Below, piece after piece: positions 1 to 11,800 of a DNA stretch of 64,000 bases. Below the pieces are notes generated by a model. It made no database searches and was not told where the DNA came from. It saw only the letters and a program-made list of their open reading frames with translations. The stretch covers positions 8,338,201 through 8,402,200 of the forward strand of contig NC_092679.1 in assembly GCF_964355755.1 (NCBI RefSeq). Reading direction: 5' to 3'. A program made the translations under genes and the position numbers. This DNA comes from Antedon mediterranea (taxonomy: Eukaryota > Animalia > Echinodermata). Numbering within the stretch: the stretch's first letter is position 1; every line of letters begins with the position of its first letter.

Positions 1-1208
1 TACAGATTCATCATCAGCCTATGTTGACACTACACTACTACTAGGGCCTCCTAGGCCTAGCCTACAGAGTATTACAAAACATGGATATATATTTAATGGA
101 ATGGGAAAGCTAAGCAGTAAATAAAAGAATTAAGGTATGCATGTTATTTGACATTGTTAATTGGTTTAAACTAATATTAATAATAATATTCATAATATTA
201 ATAATGATGTGTTCTACTTGCGGTTGTTTTTTAATGTTTTTCTAACAAGTTTAATTTATACACCACTACCTACCTCCTCCCTCCCTTATAAATTATTATT
301 AGATAGTAGGCCTAGTTGTTGATGTTTATTTAATATTGGTTAACTCCTTTTTGTTTGAATTTGTAATTTTGTAATATATTGTTCCATATGGACAGTTCTG
401 TCTGAAATAAAGTTGAATTGAAATTGAATTGATTGGTATTGTATTTTTGTTTTAGATTCATGCTAAAGAATTTTAGTACTAGCATTATACTTATACTATT
501 GTATTGTTTCCATGGGGCCTTTATATTTAAGGTTAACAATTTTAATTTATACAGTATTTGTTTGCGTAAAAAAATATTAGGATGCAGAATATTTCATTAT
601 TTAATTAAAATAAAAGCAATTCTGCTTAAATAACGTATACAATTTTATAATAATAATCATTGTTATTATTTAAATATTATTTATAATTTTAATATAATGA
701 CTACCTAGGAGTAGGAGTACAGTAAGAATTGAATATATTTTGTTTAAATCACTGAAATACTAATTCTATCATTTTTAAATCAAAACAACTTTGTATACTG
801 AACTTCGTAGTAGTAGTACTAACTACAGTAATATTAATAAAGAGGCCTAAACCGTAGCCAGGCCAAATTAAATAGCCTAGCTACTTTGTTTACATTTCCT
901 AGCCTAAACTTAACTAGCCTATCTATAGGCCTAGCCGGTCAGTATTTAGTTGAGTAGGCCTAGTCTAGTGATCGTCTATGTTTACATTTATTTAAATTTA
1001 TATCACTATTTGGTTAATTTGATGAATAAATCATTGTGGGAGATCCGCATTATATATTAATTATTAAGATTTAAAAAAATGAAAAGACTATTGATTGTAC
1101 TATGTTACGGTATCGCGCGGGGATTTTCCCTTCGTTTTATCGTCTGAAACTACTGACAAACGACTCGGTAGTTAATAGGCCTAGTTGTAGTTATAGTAAA
1201 ACGCGACG

Positions 1209-2112
1209 ATGGACAGCAAACGTAGGCCGACGTTCACCGAAACTGAAAAAATATGCCTTATTGAAGCTTTTTCATTCAAGAAAGATATTTTGAACTCAAA
1301 ATTTTCGTCTCGAGTTTCGTTGCACTCAAAGGCTGAGGCATGGAAAGAGGTTTTAAGTACCGTAAATGCCGTAAATGGGGAGGTCAATCGAACCGTCGAC
1401 GAAATTAAAAAAAAATGGAAAAATTTATTGGCAGATGCCAAAAAAGACTTGAATCGTCAAAAAAATCCTCCTACTGGAGGGGGTCCACCATTTGTTATGC
1501 CAAAATGTAGTGAGATGGTTATCATGGTCTACGGTGGGGAAGACTCCAGTTTGTTTGCTGGTTTATCCAGTGGAGTGGAAAGTTCAATTGGGAGTCGGTC
1601 AGCACTATCATCAGCTGCAGGTGCGTATTTTTTTTAAAATCGGCTATTCATAAGCCTAGAGGTCCTAGGCCTATTTGTTATGAATTTGGTCACAGGTGTA
1701 CTAATTCAAATTGTAAATTCAAGGCCTATGTATTGCAAACATTGTTAACATAGTTGTAAACAATAATAATATTAATTTTAAATATTTTTTATACAATAGC
1801 AAATGACAATAATAAATGGAGTTTCATTTATTTTAAGGACCATCATCATTATTAGAGCTTCCTACAAATATTCCCTCGACATCTCAAGAACCAGCAGAGC
1901 CGAAGAGGAAAAGAACAAAACATGGTGATGATGATGACGCATACCAATCTTTTTTAAAGTGGCAGACGGTATTAGCTAAGCAGAAAGTTGAGAAAATTGA
2001 ACTGGAGAAAATAAAAATACATGAAGAGGCTAAATACTACAAAGTTGCCACACAAAAGTGTGAACTAGAGCTAGCTGTATTGCAGTCTCAGGTTACAGTT
2101 GTTGAAGAATAA
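1209..2112 (+). CDS. Harbinger-associated Myb/SANT-like (trihelix) DNA-binding protein, 2 exons (1209-1620, 1838-2112), ~228 aa
   Basis: N-terminal RRPTFTETEKICLIEAF...KAEAWKEVLSTVNAVNGEVNRTVDEIKKKWKNL...PTGGG is the Myb_DNA-bind_5-type pattern. Phase-1 GT(1621)..AG(1837) intron. Exon 2 is open to TAA at 2112 and has an NLS-like PKRKRTK and a coiled-coil-like tail. Paired with a Harbinger transposase. Confidence 0.9.
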
Positions 2113-2146
2113 TTGGTGTTTACAAATAATTTTAAAATATATTTAA

Positions 2147-2673
2147 AGATGTATTGTCCCTTTGACTAATCCCAAAAAAATAAAAAATAAAAGATTTCGA
2201 AAAAAGGTGGGTCATTTTGAAGTATCATAATAGTTATTAACTATCACCAAAAATTTGTCGAAAAAAAAATCATTTAACTAAAATACATACGTTTTTTTGT
2301 TTAAAAAATAACTTTGACTTCCAGTCAAAGTTTTCCATCAAAACATATCCCATAATGAAACGCGCTTGTTTCGCTACTCTGTATGCATATTTCATAACAC
2401 TTCTGAAAATACCTTCTCAACTGTGACGAGTTGTAAATAATCCTAATTAGCATATGCATACTCGTGGTTTGAAATCTTTGTTTACTTTCGCTCGCGACGA
2501 TTTACCAGACGAAATGTTATCAAACTAATTTACCTGTTAATTACATAAACTTATTGTTTTTGGCTCAAATTTTCGACTTAAAGTGAATAACTTTAATATT
2601 ACTTTGATATGGCCAATTTAAATTTAGAATATTTTGACCTTCATTTTTTTGTGTTTCAAGGGACAATACATCT
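2147..2673. mobile_element. Kolobok-like non-autonomous TIR element
   Basis: TIR AGATGTATTGTCCC...GGGACAATACATCT with TTAA on both sides; second copy at 21583-21937. Confidence 0.8.
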
Positions 2674-2677
2674 TTAA

Positions 2678-5600
2678 TATATACAATTTAGATATATTTA
2701 ATGAATAATTCATTAAATTTCAATTGGTGTTTACAAATAATTAATATATTATTCATATTGTATATCAATTACAATTTATATACAATTTAGATATATTTAA
2801 TGAATAATTCATTAAATTTCAATTGCTGTTTACAAATAATTAATATATTATTCATATTGTATATCAATTACAATTTATATACAATTTAGATATATTTAAT
2901 GAATAATTCATTAAATTTCAATTGGTGTTTACAAATAATTAATAAATTATTCATATTGTATATCAATTACAATTTATATACAATTTAGATATATTTAATG
3001 AATAATTCATTAAATTTCAATTGGTGTTTACAAATAATTAATATATTATTTATATTGTAGATAAATTACAATTTATATACACTTTAGATATATTTAATGA
3101 ATAATTCATTAAATTTCAATTGGTGTTTACAAATAATTAATATATTATTCATATTGTATATCAATTACAATTTATATACAATTTAGATATATTTAATGAA
3201 TAATTCATTAAATTTCAATTGCTGTTTACAAATAATTAATATATTATTCATATTGTATATCTATATATAAATTTACGTAAGGGCAAAATTCGGTAAATCT
3301 CGGTTTATTTCTACAATTTTTACTCGATGGTATATAAAGTTGGTTCATACTTTCGGTACTGATTTTAACCATCTGATGTAACCCTGTTTACTAATTAAAT
3401 TGAGTTAGGTAATTAGTTATTGACGATTAAAACGAATTTAGGTTCAACGATTTGCCCCAAATAGGGGTGTTTTCCGATCGTGGTATACACTGTCTAATGG
3501 ATGTCCATCTTGAAAAATACCCGCCACAAAAATACGAGGAGGCTTCGCATTTTCCTATCTCCTCCTACGATAATTGTTTTTAATAGCTGAAAACTGGTTG
3601 AACAGCTAGAGTACAGCATCATAATGTTGAAGACAGGCCGATTTTCTTAAAAAAATACTATTTTGATAGATTTAATATACGATTATACAAATGTATTGAT
3701 TTGCGATGAATGGAACATTCCAATCTCTGTTTCACAAGTGTCTATTCCCTCAGGCGTCGTAAAGGCAAGTACAGTACTGTATACTCGAAATTCGATCCAT
3801 TTTTGTTTTCAATCTGTGCTGCAGAGGTTGGATATAATTTTTTTTTAAACGGATAATGAGCTAGCGTTTTCACTCGCCGTATATTATGTACAAATCTTTA
3901 TTATTGCAGTTAAACCACCCACATCATCACCTTTCCCTCACTGGCATGAGTAGCGTTGTAAAACCAGTAGAGAATAGGCCTACGGTACATCACATGCCCT
4001 AAACGCAGAACAACTTTGGTGGGTAGGGTAGGAACCAACTTTTATGAATTGGCTCTAAGAAACAATTGAAAACCATTAGGCCTACTAATTAAGTTGAGTT
4101 AGATAATTTAATATTTATTGACGATTAAATCGAAGTTATGATTTTCCCCGAATAGAGGTGGTTTTCACAAATTGTTTTACATTATATTATAAACATATAC
4201 ACGTCGTAGTGATGTATCGTTACATGTGCTGTAGCCTACTATTTCAATCGACTAGGACGGTGATAGTTTCAACAAAGTATTACATCGCAATGTTTTACTG
4301 TGCTTCGCATTTTCCTATCTCCTCCTACGATAATTGTTTTTAATAGCTGAAAACCGGTTGAACAGCTAGAGTACAGCATCATAATGTTGAAGACAGGCCG
4401 ATTTTCTTTAAAAAATACTATTTTGATAGATTTAATATACGATTATACAAATGTATTGATTTGCGATGAATGGAACATCCCAATCTCTCAGTCTGCCAGA
4501 GTTTGGTTTAACACAAGTAGGTAAATTTATGAGCCCTTGGTTTAACACATAGGGTAGGTAAATATATGGGTCCTTTGAGAATAAACTTGCAATACTTTGA
4601 CAATACTATAAATTACCTATTAACTATTTTTGGTCCACATTTGAATCGAGCATTTCTTACTGTGAATGTTCGTACTGTTAGATGTAATATAAAATATATA
4701 CAAATAAACTTTCTTACTGAGATTGTGGATAGGCTTTACTGTTAGATATACAAATAAACTTTATACTGGCAGTTCATTCTCAACGTTTGTATTAATTAAT
4801 AATTACCAAAAATATAAACGTCGTAGTGGTGTATCGTGACATGTACTTTAATATTTCAATCGATTATGACAGTGACAGTTTTAACAAAGTATTAAATCGC
4901 AAATGTTTTACTGTATTTAGAGGTATATTATTTATAGGCCTATAAAACATGAAAAAAAATATTTCGTTACTGAGTGGATAAAGAATATATTTAAAAATTG
5001 TTCCTCTTTGTACCTATCCGCTTTCCCATCCCTCAACCCTAATGTTACATAAAAACACAAATTGGGTTTCTTTAAATGAGTCCAAATCAAAAATTTGGAC
5101 TCATTTTGTGATAAGTTTCTCCTTCGGAAGGTGCTAATTTTAGTTGACTACATAAATCATCGTGTCTTTTTATTCGTTTCTGTAAACGATAATGTATTAT
5201 AGTCCTGCGGTACGTACATTTGAAATCGCCAGTTTTGTTACGCTGAAATTACTGACGTGTATTCGAGAACCATCTGTGGGCACGACCTAGATGGTACGCG
5301 AGCGAAGCGAGCGTACCATCTAGTCAATTACAATTTATATACAATTTAGATATATTTAATGAATAATTCATTAAATTTCAATTGCTGTTTACAAATAATT
5401 AATATATTATTCATATTGTATATCAATTACAATTTATATACAATTTAGATATATTTAATGAATAATTCATTAAATTTCAATTGCTGTTTACAAATAATTA
5501 ATATATTATTCATATTGTATATCAATTACAATTTATATACAATTTAGATATATTTAATGAATAATTCATTAAATTTCAATTGCTGTTTACAAATAATTAA

Positions 5601-6000
5601 TATATTATTCATATTGTATATCAATTACAATTTATATACAATTTAGATATATTTAATGAATAATTCATTAAATTTCAATTGCTGTTTACAAATAATTTAA
5701 AAATATTTAATATATAATTTACAATTTATATACAATTTAGATATATTTAATGAATAATTCATTAAATTTCAATTGCTGTTTACAAATAATTTAAAAATAT
5801 TTAATATATAATTTACAATTTATATGCAATTTAGATATATTTAATGAATAATTCATTAAATTTCAATTGCTGTTTACAAATAATTTAAAAATATTTAATA
5901 TATAATTTACAATTTATATACAATTTAGATATATTTAATAAATAATTCATTAAATTTCAATTGGTGTTTACAAATAATTTAAAAATATTGAATATATTTA
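2678..6000. repeat. AT-rich minisatellite (99-bp units, last ones 94 bp), ~13 copies, split by a Helitron
   Basis: CAATTG(G/C)TGTTTACAAATAATT recurs at 2721, 2820, 2919, 3018, 3117, 3216, then 5379, 5478, 5577, 5676, 5770, 5864, 5958. Confidence 0.95.
3260..5323 (+). mobile_element. Non-autonomous Helitron, family A, copy 1 (2064 bp, with internal duplication)
   Basis: Begins TCTATATATAAATTTACG and ends with a hairpin plus CTAG. Inserted between A and T with no TSD: the 99-bp repeat register is shifted by exactly 2064 bp. Confidence 0.92.
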
Positions 6001-6112
6001 ATACCTGTATTTAATATGTACAATGATGATGCTGTTATGACAGCACCATAATTAATTTAAATAAAAATTGAATCTTATTTATACAGTATAAACGTTTTTT
6101 ACAAAACAAAAT

Positions 6113-7580
6113 TTAATTAGCAATTTCATTTGCAACCATCTGCCTGATTGCACGTCCATTGTTGTCTTCAATGTGTTCATTGCGCTGCCCTGCATCCCCT
6201 ATATCAATATCCTCTTCATTTTCAATTTCTGGTAAACCTAAATTACGGGCCATATTATGAAGGACCATTGTTGCTGCTACCACAGCGCAGGTTCTGTGAG
6301 GCTGCATACGGTTTTCTTCGTGCATGCACCGAAACCGCCTTTTCCATGCACCTATTGTCCTCTCGACAATACTTCTTGTTATGGAATGTACATTGTTATA
6401 CCTTCGTTCTTCGCGAGTAATTGGATTTATAAACGGTGTCAACAGAAATGGCCGTAACGCATACCCAGAATCCCCCAACAAATATCCTTCTGGCATTTCA
6501 CCATTTTCAAATGCTACACCAAGACCACTCTCCCTAAAAATTCTGGAATCATGCGTTGAACCGGGCCAACGCACTACACAATTTGTGAATCGCATGTTTG
6601 CATCACAGACGACTTGGATGTTCAGGCTATGATATCCTTTTCTGTTCACATAAACAAATTCGTCGACTGTTGGAGCTTGTATCCGGACATGAGTGCCATC
6701 AACCGCTCCAATGACATTAGGGAAACCAGATATGTCATGAAATTTAATTTTTGTTTCCCTAATGCTTGCTGCATCCATCGGGAAAAACACATACTCATTC
6801 ATATGTCTCTGTAAGGCCAGTGAAACTTGCCTTACAATTCGGCAAGCTGTCGATTCATGAATTCCTACAAACAAAGGAATACAAAATATTATAATCTTGA
6901 ATTAACCTAAAGTATTAAATAACAATTGATAATAGAGAATAAATATGTGTAAATTTAATTTAGAAAAAGAAAAATGTAACTTAATTTATATATCAAAATT
7001 ATAGATATTTTTACCATGATTTTATTTTTATTAAAAACTAAACTAAAAGATACAAAAAAACAAAAACAAGCAGCCTATTTACTAGTTGGCTTGTTGACTC
7101 CGCTCACTCACCATACCGCCGCCGTGCAGCGAGTGAATGTTTTTAAATGGGTAAAGGTGCGAGAGTAAACTAGCGCCGGCGCGATAGTCATAGTCTAGCT
7201 AGGCCTAGGTATAAATAATTATAATTTACTAATTTTATACCTTCATTATTATCACTTAAAACTAAACAATATTATTATTGTAGTTGTGCTAATTATTAAT
7301 ATTAATACTTACCAGAAAGATCGCCGGAAATGTTATGCATTGATCCACTTGCATAAAATCTAAGTGCTGTGCACACTTGGAGGACCGGTGGCACTGCATT
7401 ATTCCTATTCGTTACATTCAAATCAATTGCTAGATTATCGCTAAGCGTCATTATACTTTGCCGGTTGAACCGAAATTTTCTATATAATTCGTTGTCATAT
7501 TTATCAAGCGGATGCAATCTATCGCGAAAAATACGACCTATTCTCTCGCGATAGTCTTGCACCGCGATAAAGTTCGCCAT
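6113..7580 (-). CDS. PIF/Harbinger (HARBI1-like) DDE transposase, 2 exons (7580-7313, 6864-6113), ~339 aa, no stops
   Basis: Motifs FRFNR, LQVCTALRFYASG, GFPNVIGAVDGTHV, YVNRKGYHSLNIQVVCD, WPGSTHDSRIF, YLLGDSGY, YNNVHSITRSIVERTIGAWKRRFRC, LHN. GTAAGT donor and AG acceptor join in phase 1 (GDLS-G-IHEST). Confidence 0.95.
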
Positions 7581-8217
7581 TTTTTTTGTCTTCGCGACGA
7601 ATTCTAAGCCTGCTACGAGGAGGCTTAGAATCTAAGACCGCGAAACGTCCTCTCGTAGGCTTAGACTTTATATTGCAAGAGGCTTTATTCTAAGACCTCC
7701 ATTGAGGGCGGTATAAAGCCTAGGCTTAAGTCTAAGACCGCGGTTAAGACCTTTATTGCAATCCGCCCAAGGATATTGTATGTCATTGTTTTGAAGCTTC
7801 TGGATCCAAAACATTGTTCCCTTAAGACTTTGACTGCCATTGCCAAACACGAGGTCTTTGTGTTTGGAAACACAAAGCTTGACTACCAAACACGGAGATA
7901 TCCATTCCGTGTTTCTTTTTTTTTTTACGAAACCCTGTAGATAGGTTAGTTTTATTGGTATATACTGTAGTTCCCTAGGTATAATCCCACTCCCCCTTAT
8001 ACTGTATGTAGAATTTGTCCAAATTTGAGATGTACTGTAGGACTATACCCGGGGATTTCCCTGTACATGAATTTATAGGATAGGATATATAGGATATATT
8101 TAAAGGATATATTTATAGGATTGTTTTTTATCAAAATCTCAAAATTGATAAGTTGGCCGTTTTTAAGCCTTAGTATCTCGAGGACAGGATTGCGACTCTA
8201 CGCCGCTTTTGACATTA

Positions 8218-8549
8218 CGTGTACAGTCCCATTAGAGAATGTGTTCATTTTTACCAGAAGTTTTTAAAACTTCGGGTAAATGTCACTTAACCTCCTACTG
8301 TGACATGTGTTTATTTAAGTCCAACTTTGATAGGCAGGTCATTAAACTATTTGATCATCACCGAATTCTGCTAGTTTTTTCCTGACCATTGACCTTGCAT
8401 ACTGAAGAATGTACCTTGTCCTAATCAATCAATTACAAGAGAGCTAATAAAATCACAATGGTATAATAGGATTCAGGTAATTAATCACCTGCTTAGTTGA
8501 TTTATCTGATAAGGATTTTGACCAAAAAGTTCTAATGGGGATGTACACC
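8218..8549. mobile_element. Short TA-flanked TIR element (MITE), unclassified
   Basis: Imperfect inverted ends GTGTACAGTCCCATTAGA ... TCTAATGGGGATGTACAC, flanked by TA. Confidence 0.5.
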
Positions 8550-8729
8550 TAATTGAGGTGGACTGCCTCAAATATAAAAATCTCAGAATTTATTTTTTTG
8601 ATACTACGCCGATTTTACTTCAATTGTTATCTTTACTAAACTTTGCTATTTTTTAAGAAGACTTGCATGCTTGACAAACAAAGAAATGCTGTATTCAGTA
8701 TTTATTATTTGACTGATACTTTATTTCAG

Positions 8730-8817
8730 AAAAATTGGACTTGAGCCAAGTTTTGAAACACATTCTACTTTATTATGTGCATATGCCACCAATGGAGATA
8801 TACAAGAGATTAAAAGT
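8730..8817 (+). CDS. LRPPRC: LRPPRC exon (KIGLEPSFETHSTLLCAYATNGDIQEIKS)
   Basis: ttatttcag acceptor, gtgagt donor; PPR motif. Confidence 0.9.
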
Positions 8818-11800
8818 GTGAGTAGGCCTACAATACATTACAAATAATAACTAGACATGAACTACATCATCATCTACTTTATTATGTGCATATGCCACCA
8901 ATGGAGATATACAAGAGATTAAAAGTGTGGGTACAATACATTACAAATAATAACTAGACATGAACTACATCATCCTCTACTTTATTATGTGCATATGCCA
9001 CCAATGGAGATATACAAGAGATTAAAAGTGTGGGTACAATACATTACAAATAATAACTAGACATGAACTACATCATCATCTACTTTATTATGTGCATATG
9101 CCACCAATGGAGATATACAAGAGATTAAAAGTGTGGGTACAATACATTACAAATAATAACTAGACATGAACTACATCATCATCTACTTTATTATGTGCAT
9201 ATGCCTACAATGGAGATATACAAGAGATTAAAAGTGTGAGTACAATACATTACAAATAATAACTAGACATGAACTACATCATCATCTACTTTATTATGTG
9301 CATATGCCTACAATGGAGATATACAAGAGATTAAAAGTGTGGGTACAATACATTACAAATAATAACTAGACATGAACTACATCATCATCTACTTTATTAT
9401 GTGCATATGCCACCAATGGAGATATACAAGAGATTAAAAGTGTGAGTACAATACATTACAAATAATAACTAGACATGAACTACATCATCATCTACTTTAT
9501 TATGTGCATATGCCACCAATGGAGATATACAAGAGATTAAAAGTGTGGGTACAATACATTACAAATAATAAATAGACATGAACTACATCATCCTCTACTT
9601 TATTATGTGCATATGCCACCAATGGAGATATACAAGAGATTAAAAGTGTGAGTACAATACATTACAAATAATAACTAGACATGAACTACATCATCATCTA
9701 CTTTATTATGTGCATATGCCTACAATGGAGATATACAAGAGATTAAAAGTGTGGGTACAATACATTACAAATAATAACTAGACATGAACTACATCATCCT
9801 CTACTTTATTATGTGCATATGCCTACAATGGAGATATACAAGAGATTAAAAGTGTGGGTACAATACATTACAAATAATAACTAGACATGAACTACATCAT
9901 CATCTACTTTATTATGTGCATATGCCTACAATGGAGATATACAAGAGATTAAAAGTGTGGGTACAATACATTACAAATAATAAATAGACATGAACTACAT
10001 CATCCTCTACTTTATTATGTGCATATGCCACCAATGGAGATATACAAGAGATTAAAAGTGTGAGTACAATACATTACAAATAATAACTAGACATGAACTC
10101 GGGGAATATTTAATAATGTTTAGAAGTCTAAGTCCACAGCGCTCTGATCTTCATGAAATAGCGCTATATAAATGTCGCATTTTAAATTTCGTGTTACCTC
10201 ACGACATCAGAGGTAGCCGTGTGCGGTCGTTCTTAGCCGCCTATAGCGTCGACATTTTTTGCCGATCAATATGACACATATCTGGCCTAGATGCGTCAAA
10301 ACTAGTAAAATTCAACATTTTACCTACCATATTAAAAACTCAAACTTTAATAAGCAATACATTATAAATAAATAAATAATAAACTGAAAGTTAGAAATGT
10401 ATATTGATTTGCACGCACATTTCCACAAACGTAGAAATACTGCTAGTATAAACTCGCCGCCAAAGAAAGAGGCCTAAAAAGTGCTTGTAACACAAAATTT
10501 AAAATGCTATTTTTCAAACATTGCGATTATAAACAGAAAGTGAACATAACGATATTATCAGCAAAATATTCAACAGTAGTAAAATAAAGCAAGATGAACA
10601 ACTCTAAATTATGTAAAAACGAAATTTATCGGGATGTACGAAAAAGCGGTGTTAAATCAATGCGTTCGAATAGGACAAGATGGCCGACCAAACATTGTTT
10701 GGATCCAGCGCAGTCAGTAGCGTAACATCATCACTTTTTCTCCCTATGTACTCTGACATTACTAAACACAGGATTAACCCCAATTCTTCTGCCCTCTGTC
10801 TTTTCATAAATTTTGTTGTGCTGGCCCTGAAATCCAAGTGACATTGAATAAGACATTTGTTAAAATTTTTTTAAATATTTTTTACATACAGACTTTAGAT
10901 GAACTAAAGATGATTAATCAAGCCATACCAGATAAAGTTTACCTCAACATAGTTGATAGACTAGCTTGCAATGGCTATGAGAGAGAAGTTTCTGAGGTAA
11001 ATTTATTATGTTATTGTTAAATGTTCACATATTGTATTCCCACATTTAAGGGCATACAGTGCATGATAAAATTAGGTATCCCAATGTAAGTGCATTGTAT
11101 TGTGAATTCATGAAATTCTAAAAAGTGATAAGACTATAATGTTAAAATTAACTCTAAAAATTAACTCCGTTGCCTAAGTATCGTTCGCAATGATGTAGGC
11201 CAGCCTAGCTAGAGATATTGCATGACTGGTTAGCTCCCAATCTGGATTGAAGTCTGCTAGTGTGAACCAGGCCATAGTAGTTAGAATGTTGAAGTTAACT
11301 TTGAGTATTTAAGATTTTTAATTTAACTCTTTAGAGTTTTATTATAGTCTGCAATCTGCCTTTTTTTGGGTGCCGACTAGGCTGTGTGATATACCCATTT
11401 GCGTGGCTAGTCGGCACACTGGGAGTCGGCAAACTTGCCTAGAACCTTTCTAGTAAGGCCTGCCCTAGGCCCTGTAGCTGGATTCTAGCCTAGCCTAAAC
11501 ATTATTATTAATCTTCATATCTTCACAAGTTTCAGCAGTAATACAGCCATAACTATGCTAATAAAATTAAGGTTTTCAGTCTGTTATTCAGTTTGTTATT
11601 GGTGTAAGACTTATTTTAGTTATATTAATTGATGCAAATATCATATTTCTCTTGTGTTCTGTTTATTCTGCAGATTCTTGAAAATGTAAAGTTTATCGGT
11701 GGATCCCTACAAGGTAAACTTATTTAGCCTATGTTCAGGTCAAGTTTCTGAGCCATTTCGTATGTCGCAATTTGAGTGTTTACTGAAGAAAAATTGTAAC

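Larger units (their letters stand above)
1..7768 (-). mobile_element. Two-gene PIF/Harbinger transposon inside an LRPPRC intron; right terminus ~7768, other end outside the window
   Basis: Convergent Myb/SANT and transposase genes. The terminus reads GGGCGGATTGCAATAAAGG on the - strand. Repeated subterminal TCTAAG(A/C)C / GGCTTAG motifs at 7603-7750. Confidence 0.8.

Noticed and set aside
6148-6814. + strand ORFs
   Set aside because: Antisense shadows of the transposase exon.
8764-10099. CRISPR-like array or tandem PPR exon expansion
   Set aside because: Units are near-identical with no unique spacers and no cas genes are present; units are 103 bp (not a multiple of 3), contain stops and lack a usable intron.
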